Shown here: positions 38,701-51,700 of the stretch, piece by piece
Position numbering within the stretch: the stretch's first letter is position 1
Layout of the letters: the number at the start of each line of letters is the position of its first letter
From: Paragordius varius
Lineage: Eukaryota > Animalia > Nematomorpha
DNA length: 64,000 nucleotides
Direction of reading: 5' to 3'
Assembly (NCBI GenBank): GCA_964247055.1
Contig: OZ176053.1
Location: forward strand, 9,300,001-9,364,000
The notes under the pieces: generated by a model
Told to the model about the DNA's origin: nothing
Seen by the model: only the letters and a program-made list of their open reading frames with translations
Databases searched by the model: none
Made by a program: the position numbers and the translations under genes

Positions 38701-39954
38701 TTTAATTAGTATGATAAACACATATAGTATAAATTTGGTTAATTTTGTTAAACACGCCCTCTTCTCAAATTATAATTGTTTTTTCAGTTAATAAATTATC
38801 ATATATTATGTGTGTGCCCTTTAATCTTGACAATAAAACGATTTTCAAAGTAACATAACAATTACAAATTCATCTTTTTGCTTCATTATATATGGGAAAT
38901 ATGCAACAAGCCTTTAGTGTGCATAAATTATTTTTATTAAAAGAAGAAAATTAATTAAGCAACTAGATAGTTAACAAGTTTAGCAGTGATTTTATTTTTG
39001 TCTTTTGTTAAATCGGCATATATATAACCTTTTGTAACGTATCTCGTTATGATATTAGACATATTATGTGTCATTGGATAATAATTTGAAGATTTTTAGC
39101 TGGATATACTAGATTTTTAAAAAATTTCACCGAGGCTAAAATGTTAACATTTCATAATTTAGCCTACACATCATGTATACCATAACAGTTCAAATTTACC
39201 CTTAAACAATTCAAATTCACCCTTGAACAATTTATCACTCTCGAACAATTCAAATTCACCTAAAATAAATTATGTATTTTTTAAGATTAAAAATTGCCAA
39301 AATTAATAAAAAACTGATAAAATTATAAACTATGCCATAAGAATATATTTCTTTTTAATGATGAGTTATGTTAGTTCGAAAACACATAATTTATTTTTAG
39401 GGTGAATTTGAACTGTAAATGGTTTATTATATATTCTTCACTCTCATCAACTTTTAAACTAAAACCCAATAATTATGTAACCTTGAGGTTAGTTTTTTAA
39501 ATATGGGTGGCTTAATTCACATTTAAACTAAATATAGCCAATAATTATCAAACCTTAGGGTTAGGTTAAATATTGTATATCAGCGTCTTTTATCACATAA
39601 AATTAAACACTATTTTGCTTAGTGATTTTTAAAGTTCATCATTTTTTAAACTAACAACCATTATTAACATACGTATAATGAATTCAAAAATATTTGGAAT
39701 AATTTCAAAATTAACATTCAATTAATTTTACCTATTTTAGCGAAACTTGCTAATAGTATCCAACAAGCAATAACAAACGGTTTCTCAACATGATGGAAAT
39801 CAACCGAAGCTATTTGGTATCTTAGCGGTTTTTCGCTTCCAGGGAGAGGCGTAGTATGCACATGTTTGGGTTTTGAATCGACACAGGATATCAAAAATAG
39901 GAATATTACAATCGTAACACATTTGATCATTATGTGATCTTTATTTGGTTTCAT
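26766..39954 (-). CDS. SLC9A: Na+/H+ exchanger paralogue C, full-length plasma-membrane NHE with long regulatory tail (~1070 aa)
   Basis: Exons 39732-39954, 34972-35268, 34401-34567, 33918-34072, 33581-33682, 32912-33129, 32257-32465, 31833-31922, 31730-31800, 31478-31645, 31237-31375, (30936-30944), 30719-30865, (30127-30160 or 30227-30272), 29356-29742, 28847-28956, 27239-27650, 27039-27107, 26766-26971. Phases are consistent. Signal peptide present; motifs [59 protein letters not shown]. Bracketed micro-exons are inferred. Confidence 0.93.
35370..35510 (-). mobile_element. Degenerate copy of the tRNA-derived SINE in NHE-C intron 1
   Basis: Shares aggctttaa..aggctgaca.tgatgat..gtt..gggctc(g/a)aacc..cggacgccct..ccctact with 48176-48359. 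Confidence 0.6.
36388..36774. mobile_element. hAT-like MITE with GC-rich ends
   Basis: TIRs CAGGGGCGTACCGA / TCGGTACGCCACTG; GGGGCGCC subterminal motifs; TSD not recoverable. Confidence 0.8.
36903..37826. mobile_element. Foldback/MITE family 2 copy with a nested inverted-repeat element (about 37141-37534)
   Basis: Left arm ttttcccaatcaataaaaacggtt and right arm ..gactgggaaatggta match the arms of 60717-62612. The inner element has ~65-bp inverted ends. Confidence 0.7.
39178..39424. mobile_element. MITE family 1 copy
   Basis: TACCATAACAGTTCAAATTTACCC ... GGGTGAATTTGAACTGTAAATGG; interior is the reverse complement of 18361-18663. Confidence 0.8.
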
Positions 39955-41037
39955 CTTTTTGATTTTCGTGTATATTATGGATATGATTTAATAACTTTGG
40001 TACGAAAATTATTGGGCCAATTTCTGATTACATGTCTAAGAGAGCCAAGGTGAGATGGTTAAAACAAAATAAATTTTGATACGCTAAACAATTTTATTTT
40101 AACGGCGGTGTAGGCACATAATTGTCTGGCGCTAGAGTGGATATGAATAGTAACAAATACATATATTTTAAGTTACATTAAAAATAAAATTATTTTACAT
40201 TTACATTACTATAATAATAATAATAATGTTTTTGACAATGTGATCATAATATAATGTAGCATTATAATAGGAATGAATATATAAAACCTAGCTAAAAGCT
40301 TTTAAACGTATTGTTTTGTTTTGTCAAATAAGCAAAAAAAGCTCTTGCGCGGTTAAATGTTTATTTGCAACATTATGTAACTACTAATTGAATTAGTCCT
40401 ATGTTATAATATGTCAGGCAGGTCATTCGAAACTATAAAAACCTACCAGTCATTAAATTTTTATGAGAACATTAGACCTCTGATTTCCATAGTATAGTTA
40501 TCAATTTGATTAATTATAAAAATTAACAATTATATCCTGAATAATTATATATAAATTTAGCTTTTACATTTTTTTTCATGAATATATATGAGGGTAATTT
40601 TTAGACTAAAATATAATGAAATATTACATTATACCGGATTTTATCTGAATAGCATCAAACGTTAAACTTATATGTTAGCTACTATTTATCAAAAATTTGC
40701 TGTCAAAATATAATCGAAAGCATTTTATACAAAGCATTTTATTTTTAAACCCTAATACAATATTTTTATTTGCCAATTAGCTATAAACTTATCATAAAAA
40801 AGTGACAGGTATAAGTTGGATTTATGAAGTTTTTATATAATTTTAAATTTTTATAAAATATTTATATATATAATGCGCCTAAATGGCCACAAAATGCTAT
40901 TTTAAGTTTTGGCCCAAAATCATAGATACTTTTAAATTTAATTATATTTGATGTTGTCCACGATAGAAAACCCCAAAATGGTAAAGAAGTGTTATAAAAT
41001 CGTAATAAAATTGAATTGTAAATGTTAGGTTATGTGC

Positions 41038-42738
41038 CAGTGGTACTCACCAAAAAAATTTGACGGGCCAAATAAATTATTTTTTTTTCCGAGGGCCATG
41101 AACCTAATAATGACAAATATTCCATAGTATTTGACACATATGGACATATTTCTACTAAATCAATACAATGAATTTTTTGCGGATCGCATGTAAATCTAGC
41201 TAAAAACTCGTTTTTAACCATTCAGTTTAAAAAATTAAAATATTTTGATAACAACATTTATTATGATATTAGCCAATAATTTTTGACAAATATGCTTTCA
41301 TAACAGGCCAATCTTAATAGGTCGTCCATATGATCATCGGTTTAGCGATTTCTGTATGTATTCTTGACATGCTTCTTTTTTGAATATGCCGTCTCACACG
41401 TGTAAGTTGAGGGAAAAACAATTAGGATGACTTGAAAATATTTTTTTATATTTTCATATTTATTTACAACTTGCCAAAACTCTACATATCTTTCTTCTCT
41501 ACGATTCTCCTGAATATGGCCTTTAAATTAGAATAATTTATTAAATCTACGAATTCTTTAATGATATGCGCCTGATCAAAACGAAATGCTCAATTTGCTT
41601 AATATTGGATATGCATATGCCATGGATTTTCAACGAGTTTTAAGCATTTTAATATTTCTTAATTCTTGAAATCTGAATTTCATCTCATTAGATTGTCTAT
41701 TATTAAAATAATCTTCGCGGTAAATTCCATATTTTCTTTATAAATCTATTTAAGTGTTGGAAAATATAGGAGTTATTTATAAAATTTTGTTTATAAAAAG
41801 CAGATATTTTATTAGCAAATTTGGTTATTATTTTGCTCCCTTGAAGACTTGTTTAAAAAACTAAATTTATAAGTAATGTCGCAAAGGTAGGCTAATAAAA
41901 CTCACCATTTTATTAATTTCCCCGTCATACTTTCTGTTACTTTTATAAATAAAAGAATTTTCCTTAAAACAAAATATATATTTATTTTTTGCTAAGGCTA
42001 GATATCTCACAACGGTGTACAAAAGAATATCAACTGTGGATATCTTTGAATTTTGAATTTACGGCGGTTGAACTCTGTCACAGACGTGGTTATCTATATC
42101 TTTTCGTTTCTTTTATCATGATTTTCTGGTATTTTATGAAAATGATATATTGTAAATTGTCTGTTTTTATTTAAAACGACAAAGAATTTTTCTTCCCATT
42201 CTTTTTAAAGGGTGTGATTTTCATCGGATAATTTACGTTTTTAGTATTAGATGTTATTCTTTAAATTAATGTTTAAATATTATGTTATTTTTTTAAAAAA
42301 TTAGGAATATAATTTTAATTATGCATTAAAAAACAGGTCGAAATTTAATGAAGTTGACTTAAAAATATTTTATGGGATTGAGTTATAAACAATAATGCAG
42401 GATAGCATTGAAAAGAATATGTATATGCAAGTTTGGGTGAAAGGCTGCTTAAATACAAAAAAAGAAATTCAATAATTCCAAATAGAAAAGAAAATACAGC
42501 AGAAACAATGTGTGCCAAAATTTTGAAATTATTTTAATTAAGGAAATTTTTCTCCATTTCAAATTGGGTAAATATCCAAAATAAAATCTAAAGAAAATAA
42601 ATTAATTAAATAGTCGAAAACGTTTATGTCTATTTTAAAAATTCATCGATAAAAAATAAAATTAATTTGGTCATAGGGCAATTTTATAGCACTCTTAGGG
42701 CCGCATGCGGCCCGCGGGCCGCGGTTTGAGTATCACTG
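41038..42738 (-). mobile_element. Decayed hAT-Charlie/SPIN-like transposon (1.7 kb, internally deleted)
   Basis: TIRs CAGTGGTACTCA / TGAGTATCACTG; TSD TTATGTGC vs TTATATGC (7/8). Transposase remnants LLYTVVRYLS (about 42000-42030) and PSTYTCETAYS..RNR*TDDHMDDLLRLA (41305-41410). GCGGCCCGCGGGCCGC subterminal motif. Confidence 0.88.
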
Positions 42739-45700
42739 TTATATGCTGTGAGTAAAATTCAGCCATCAACTTAATTTTTATAAAAAAATATTATTTACAA
42801 TTTTATAGAAAAAGATTCTTTAATTAACTAAGGGAGCAGGAGACGAAGTTATTTAGGAGAGAAGCTTATCAATTTCAAAAAAAGTTGTTAACGCTTTTAT
42901 AAGCTGATTTGAGGCCCATTAGGTTAAAGAATTTTTGTGCAAGAATCTCTAGAGGTTTTAAAACAAATTATTGTTTGATGTATTATACATGCTAAATTTT
43001 TCGATAAACTTGTTCGAAAAAAACGTTAATATTGTGTTTAAAATCATTTAGAAATATATTAAGGGTATTTAGAGGTTTATTGGATTAAGCCATGTCAAAA
43101 ACGATGTCCGGCACTCAAAGTTTTAATAATAGTTAGCGTTTAAATTTACGATATGAGGGTCAAAAGATCATTTGTTCTAAACTAATATCCTTAAAATCTT
43201 GTGAAAACTTTATTGAAAATATGCATTATTATAATTTATAGTTTAAATTTAAATGTGCATAATATTGCGTAAGATTATAAGATGTAACAGACAATTTTTA
43301 ATAATTTAAGAGGTAAATAAAGCGGCATTGGAATTTAATAAAAAACTATTTTCAGGTAAAATGTAAACCTAAAGTTTGCTGTAAAAACACAACTTCGCTT
43401 GATTTATATATTAGGATTCACTTACAAATTATTTTTTAAATATGTTTTGCACCTTCGCGCCTATTAAAGCAAATTTTAGAGATCTTGGAGTATTTAAACA
43501 GATTTCTAGGAGAGTGTGTTAGGTTATTAATCAAAATTTTGAATTAATTCATAGTTAATCCCAACGCTTTTCATAATTAAAAAAAAACAAAACACTAACT
43601 TAATCGTCAATTGTTAAAGGTTTTACAGACGAGAACTTTTCCGGATAAGCTTTTCTCAATAAATAAAAAAATTTAAATGGCAAACTTTTGTGTTCTTAAG
43701 AAAAAAAATAATTTATTTTTAAATGAGTAAACAGATGAAACAAATAAAATATTCAACTTTATAATTAAGCTTATCCATAATAAACTAGTATACCTGCTAA
43801 TTGAATATGCCGGAATATATTAAATAAAGAAGTTAACTTTTTAGTTATTGGTGAAGATTTCAAGCTATTTTTTGATAATTTTAAAGAACAGTTGAATAAG
43901 GATGAACTATTAATTTTATTGATATTTTCGCACCAATTTGTCTTTAAATATAGATGCACAGGATAGCGCAGATATACGCACGCTAATTGCTTTTTAATTA
44001 AAATTATGACATGTCATAAAATAGTATTATAGAAAACATTTAATTTATCATATTAAAAATATATATATGGTTGATGAGATTTTTAGTTTAACCATAAACA
44101 GTGGGCAATAATTTGTTGTGAATACATATTTAATTTAGATGAGATTCTAGATATCATTTCTAATCCGATAAATATCGGATAGATTGTTACCCATCGAATG
44201 CCCCAAAAAATAATTTACGGGTTAGATTAAAGCTTTTTATATAAATTTACAGGATAAAAGAGTATCTGTGTGTGCCTAATTTTTTTAAATTTGAAATTTT
44301 TCTCGGAGGATGGATGATAGTATACAGATAAATAATAATAATTATAACATCATTTGTCACTTAGATATTAAAAAAATAAAAATATTATCTAGTAAATCTC
44401 TCTTAAAATCTAATGATGAAATATGAAGATGCGCTCGCGTTATTTACATGTGCCACTCCAGCGTTAAAATATAAAATTAACTAACTAAACAGAGAAAAGC
44501 AAGATATTCCGCTCAATAAAAATGTGTGTTTTTCCAACATTGTCAATGCTAAAACCTAAACCAATATTCGCATATATAAAAATATATTTTGATTTTTCAA
44601 AAAATGTTATTTAATATTTATTTATAATAATAAAAATAATAACATAATATAAAAAATATTTTATTGATATTTCTTTAGTATATAAATATAATATATAGTG
44701 TATTGTTCGTTTATACATTCTATTGTAATAGCAATAATATTTTAGCTCCATTTTCTTTGAAAAAAATCGATTTTTATTTCAACAATAATAATTATGAAAA
44801 TAAATGTACATAATATATATAATTTTGTTATATTTAAATCTTACAAATTTGGGCATATTAAGCCAACTAAATATGAGAAAGTTGATTGGTTTTAAACAGA
44901 TTTAAAAAAATTATGAATTCGTCAATAAATTCTTTAGAAATTTATAAAACATTTAATTTTTTTAGCGATTGAATCTTATGATAGCACCTTGTAAAAAATC
45001 ATCACCGAGTTTACATGATTCCAATTTTAAATTATATTTTTAATGTTTTGGGAGCAAATTAAATATGTTATTTATCCACTCATGTCTCATCCGCATGTAT
45101 TGTATGAAAATTTAAATTAAACACAGTCGATGGTGGGTTTTCCAAGAAAAAATAGGACCTCATATATATATATATATATATACATATACAAAAATTTTAA
45201 GAATTACCATACAGATGATTTAAAAATATTGCCTTAATAAATGGATAAAATTAGTCATATTTTATTAATGCGTTACAACAATTTATATTTGAAAGCTTTA
45301 TAAAGTTTGTAAATTTATTGTTATAATATCAATAAATGATCCGGCGAAGAGTTTCAGTTATAAAATCAAATTTTGTGAGTTGTCTAAAAAGGTCATGGAT
45401 AAAACCATTGATATATTTTTTCCCGCCATCAGAATGATTTTCAATTACAATAATTATTTTTCAGATTTGTTCAATTATATTCTAACCTATATTAATTACC
45501 AATTTGCTAATTTTGTACGATCACAAGCATAAAAATCACCTGACTACCAAATTATATAGTTTGTTTAAAAGTAGTTATCGTAAAGAGAGTTAATTTATTT
45601 TACACCTAATATAAATAAATAATAATTCTAATTACTTTTTTTTAATATATATGCTAGTAAAATATCACACAATCTTTTCTTATGCAATATACAAAATAAT

Positions 45701-45795
45701 AATATGAAACATTATAAATTTTAACTATAAAATAATGTAAAAAAAAGATTATATGAGGTTAAATAGAAAAAAAAACGCATTCTCATAACTTTTTT

Positions 45796-48700
45796 TTATA
45801 ATATCGCAGCCGATTGTATTTGAGATTTTCTGGGGTCAGAAGTTGCCCAAATAACATCATTCATCTTCATAACGCTCAAAACAGAATTTAGTCCTTCCGA
45901 AACTTTAACAATATTATGATTTCTTGCTTGCAAATCCTGTATCAACCAATCAGGCATATCACCTATAAAAATGGAAATAGCAGTTTATTGAATTACACAA
46001 AAGTATCAAATTAGAATGATGTCTTAAAAATTTCAGTCATTATTTGACAATATTTTATCAATATCAATAATATCAGAAATGTATTTTATAATATATAATC
46101 AACATGATTATAACATCAGTTTCCGAATGTTTTTTAAATTAAAAATAATAATAGACTCAAATGATTGAAAAGTATGAAAATGTTTAAAAGATCAATTTCA
46201 TGGGTCAGTATCTGCATCACAATCATTATTCAAAAATATTAGATTATGATAAAATTTAATTAACAATAATTTGTATAACATAATAATTAATAAAATCCTA
46301 AAGATATTGGTAATAAATCATTTAAAGAATGATATTAAATTATTGAAGGACCTTTTATGGGTTTAATAATACCCATAACTAGTAGATTTGCGGGAAAGTT
46401 CTACTTTAAAAAATTAAAACTCAATTTTAAAAAATAGAGTGTTAGACATATGTAGTTTTTCATTACCATATAACATATACGGCAAAAATAAATATTTTAT
46501 TACCAGTTGCCAATAAGAATGTTAGCCGTATATGTTATGTGGCAATGTTTGATGACTAGCAATGTTCACACTGTATTTACTATAGAGAGAAGAAGATCCA
46601 CTGTACAACATAAAAATAATTGATACGTTACCTTCAACTTCCACAATATCCTTTTTGATATCAACGTACAATCTAGGTCTATTCATAGCTGTCCCCAAAT
46701 CATCGCCAAACAGCAGGACATTATTCATGACTTGAGCAATCCCACTAATGATCCGAGATCCATTAGAACCCCCGAGCGCTAATTTTAGCCCGCAAGGCAT
46801 GTTTTTCTGCAAAGCAATAGTTGGAATCATGCTTGAGATTGGTCTCCTTCCAGCTCTTGGTATATTTGGCTAATTACCAAAATTATATGGTAAAATTAAT
46901 AGAACTGTAAGTTTTTATAAGGATACAGCACATTAGAAATTAATACAGACAAAACGTAAATACGGTCGGAATGCGGTTTATATAAGTCCGCATTATTGGC
47001 TTGTGAAATAAGAAACCTACGCAATTTTTCTTGGCGTCTCCGTTACCTGAATGGTAAAGAACAAGGTCATGATATTTTATAAGTACCGTGACCTTTCCAA
47101 TGGGGCTCGCTAAGTCCTATTGTATTGAAATATTTCTATTTATGATGGAATTATTATATCCGTTTTCTAATTTTTCTCTTATATTTTCTGTTAGCTTATT
47201 TTTGCCTTGATTATATTTTGAACAAATGAGAAACGAATTTTTTTATCTTAAATTTTTGATGACGAACATATTAACCTCATTTAAACCTATCACACTACAG
47301 TTATTTTTCACAATAACAGCTTATCTACGAAGCTTTATCCTAAATTTCTCTATTCATCCATAAATATCCGACACTTCGTATTACATCTCGATGACTAACC
47401 CTTACAATATTATTCATGAAACAAAGAAACAATGCCTTAAGCAAATTTAGCTGCTAATTACAACAATATAGCTACACTAAATGTCCGTGGTTTAAATGAT
47501 GAAAAGCTCAGTGCCTCCTGACAAATACCATGATAAATAGAGGTATCTCAATACTTGTACTTAGCGAGAACCATTGGAATGATCACAGTCCTTATGAATA
47601 TACCGACTTTACCATTCAGGTAACGCAGAAGCCAAGAAAAATGGCGTGGGTTTCGTACAAGAAAATTTGCAGTAACGCGGACTTATATAAACCTGACTCC
47701 GACCGTATCAATCAATAAGCATCCCTAGAAAGCCACTCGATATCACTATCATTAAGGCTTACGCCCCCATAAAAACATCAGATGCTAATATAACAAAATT
47801 TTACTCACACCTACAATCAGAAACATCCGAAGTCAAAAAAAACAAACTTTCTGATTATTTTGAAAGGTTTTAATGCAAAATTGGGATTTCCTCAATATTA
47901 AGTCTGCGGTGGTAAAAGACTGGTCGAGCTTAGCGCTAGCGGGGAAATTTTAAATAATTTTTGTATCAACAATATATTTTTTATCAAACTCCTACTTTTC
48001 TCAACCAAAGAGACTCTATACCTGGATTAGCTCAGATCAAAAGATAAGAAACCAAATCGATTATATTATTTGTCAACATAAATGGAAAAATTCGTTTGCA
48101 AACGTCAAAACGTTCCCAGGTGTTGATTGCGAGGAAAAAACCCTCGTGAATGCCAAAATTAAACTAAAAATCAACCATATATACAGTTTAAAACCTTTTT
48201 TTTCCTTTTATATTATAGGGTGACTTAATTGTATCCGGACATGTAAAGGCTTTAACACTCGCCTGCCCAGGGCTGACAGTGATGATGGAAAAAATGCGTA
48301 GTTTCGGGGTTCGAACTCCGGCACTCAGTGTAAGAGTCCGAAGCCCTACCTACTTACACAAACTAAAAATCAACAAAAAAAACAAAAATATACATAACAA
48401 TAATAACTATTATTATTTGGATACACCTGAACCCTTTATATTGTACTAAATAAACAGATTTGCATCACTGGAAACCAAAAGAATTAGACACCAATAACTG
48501 TTGGAATTAAATAAAAACAGAAATTGACGTTATTTCACAAAAACATCTAACTAATAAACCAAATAAAAGATGACTTATCTTTCAATAGCTGCCCTTAGTA
48601 TCTCCGAAAAAAAACAAATAGCCAAACCAAATCAAAAGTAAGATTATAATAAATTGAATAAAGATTTTGCTAAGGAACAAAAAGTTGATATAAAGTATAT

Positions 48701-51700
48701 TATGATAATCTCTGCGAGATTGAAACTAAAAATAAAAAGGTATAAACATTCACCTTAGTCAAACACACTATTGCAACCAAAAACATATTTATAAAGGCCC
48801 AATACTTGATTCCCATGGGATATATTACTGACAAAGAGAATATATAACAGATGAAATCAGTATTCCACATATCTCTACATATATCCAAACGTTTAGCAAT
48901 CTTTACAAAACACATAGCATAAATGACCACCCATCCTAAAAAGTGAGGTCCTAAATGCAATCAAATCCCTTCCTTGCAACAAAGCTTCATAAAAATAATA
49001 AATTATATCATAAAAACACTTCGAATCGCTTATCAAAAAATCTTTAAATTCTGTATTTGGCCAAATAATTGGACCAAACCTCTACTTATTTCGATTCACA
49101 AAAAAGACAACCCTAAAGTATGCAGCAACTACCGAACAATACCTATATCGCACACCTCAAAATTATTATTAAAAATTTTTTATTATGGAATATCATCCCA
49201 AGTTGAGACTAACATCCCACAGAACTAAGCTGGTTTTCGCAAAGGAATAGGCTGCCAAGTCCACATCTGCAACCTTAAGTTTATCATGGAAAAAAATATT
49301 AAACACAACAAACCAATTTGTGTCTTTTATAATTATACAAAAGCTTTTGATAAACCTATCCACAACCTACTATGGGAAGCCACAAAAAAATTGGCACAAC
49401 ATCTGGTCTCATTCAAATAATTAAAGAGGCATGTATTCAAACAGCACACGGTTCCTCTGACTGGTTTACTACAAACAGGGGCGCCAGTCAATGGTGTATC
49501 CTTTCATTTCAATTATTCAACATACATACCGAACACTAGTCCAACTTAGATACTCATAATCATATCGGTGTAAAAGTAGGCGGAGAAATAATAAAAAACC
49601 TCAAATACACTGACGATACTGTCATACTCGCTGATATACAAAACGATTTATAACAGCTCCTAGTAAAATTACATCTTGAAAGCAATCTCATGGGCTCTAA
49701 ATGAATTTAGAAAAAACCAAAGTCATATCAAATGACGCCACTTGCTTAATCAAAATGGGCAAACATTGTTTAGAAACATTATAAACCCCAAGACTACATC
49801 ACTTCAAATGATAAAAACGCAGACTAGGTTACTTCGGCTACCTCATCCACAACAACAAATAAACAATCATGCTGGACCTGGTAGTGGGTAAATGTAAAAG
49901 AGGCAAACCCAGAACAAGATGGACAAAATAATTAACAGACAGCACCCACCTTACAATCTCCAATCTGATCAATTTATCCTCTAGAGATCAGCCTACAGAA
50001 AATATGTCCATGAAATTAAGCAAAAAGTAGAGTAATTAACTACGCTGATATTCAATCATACTTTTTCAAAACTTATAATTTTCACATATATTTGATTACA
50101 TAATTTAAGTAACGATTTCTATATCTGTTCCCTTTTTATCCAAAACGATGGGTAGTATTATAAGAGTCAGATTTTAAAAATATGGTTGTCTTTAAAAATA
50201 AATTTATCTTTTAGTTTTTAAGTTTTGTCTGTATACTGTTTATTAAAAGATAGCAGCATATATAGATTGAGTTAATTACCGAATTAAAAATATTAGTTTT
50301 TGGGTTTTCAAAATCCTTCAATTCATCATTAAGGAGTATCCCGTCCTGCGTCATAATTTTTGATCCAAATAAATTGTTCAGCGTACTAATATAAAAATAA
50401 TTTCATGGCAAAAATTATGTGCCATAAACTTTCAACAATTATTACCGATACATCCCAAAACAACTTAATTTTGAGATGGGATGAAAATGACTGATTTATT
50501 TTAAGAATATCAATAATATTAAATTAAGTGATTTAACAACTATATAATATTATAAATTATGTGGTTTAACCTCTAAAATATTAATAAGAAGTAAATGCAA
50601 TTCAAGGGAAAAAAATCGAATAATGGGAATTACGTAAATGGATTTGGCAAATGATTTTTATATCTAAATATAACCAAACAAATAATTTAATTAACTTAGT
50701 GTTATAGAAAATCTATATATTAGTAATAATCATAATAATAACGAAAAATAAAAGTATTAATTTATTTTACTATATATAAAATTTCAAAACTTGAAGGAAA
50801 ATAAAATATTTAACCTAGTTACTGACACAATCATATCTTTGCCATCTATAACACTAACATGGGCCGTTCCCTCTTTATCCTGATCAGGGATGATTGCTTC
50901 ATATTGGGAAATATTGAAAGCGGTTTCATTTAAAATTTGGTTAGCTAACCCTTTGGGATCATAGGGTATCTTTATACCAGGCAAAAGAGTTTCATCACTG
51001 CTATCCTACCATAATATTATGCATTGTAAACAAATATTTTATTATATAAATTTAAAAAAGGTCAAAAAGCTTAAAAATTATATAACCAATAGTATTTTAT
51101 ATATTGACCTATATTAAATTAAAAATGTATTCTTAAGTTAAAATTAAATTAATCTATAATTCCACATTTATAATGTTGAAACAATTTAAAAAAATCAAAC
51201 ATAATTTTATTGAGACTGTATCATAATGATGACTTTAAAATACCCACAAACTATACGATTTTTAAAATGGTAAATGTAACTTTTGACATTTCTATCTTAA
51301 AAATATATTTCTTATTTGAAAAATGAAAAATTGAATGATGAATTCATTGAAGAGGTTGTCCCAAAAAGAACGTCTCTTGTAATTGTTTTCTCCATAACGT
51401 TCTATAAAGAGCTAAGATTATAAAATTGTGTTGCGCTATCTCTTGAATTGTATGCAGGCAGGTTTTATGGGGTCTGTCCGCTTTAGGTGCGGTGTCGACT
51501 CTCTAATGATGTCAATCTAATTATTTTATTGGCACTCTTTTATTTTAAACAACTTTAAAGTCATCATTAGATGGGTAAATGTCCGCAAAAAATTGGTCCC
51601 TTCATAATTATTTGTCAAAATTAGCGTTATAAAAATAGCAAATACAACACACAAAACAAACCATAAAAGTATGGAAAAAATGTCTGCTAAAACTTTTAGT

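Noticed and set aside
42800-45700. Searched for a gene or RNA between NHE-C and GGT
   Set aside because: Only AT-rich sequence and degenerate repeat fragments; no supportable exon chain or RNA motif.
51310-51510. GC-richer open stretch in a GGT intron as an additional exon
   Set aside because: The flanking exons join in phase 0 without it and the translation lacks GGT similarity; left unassigned.
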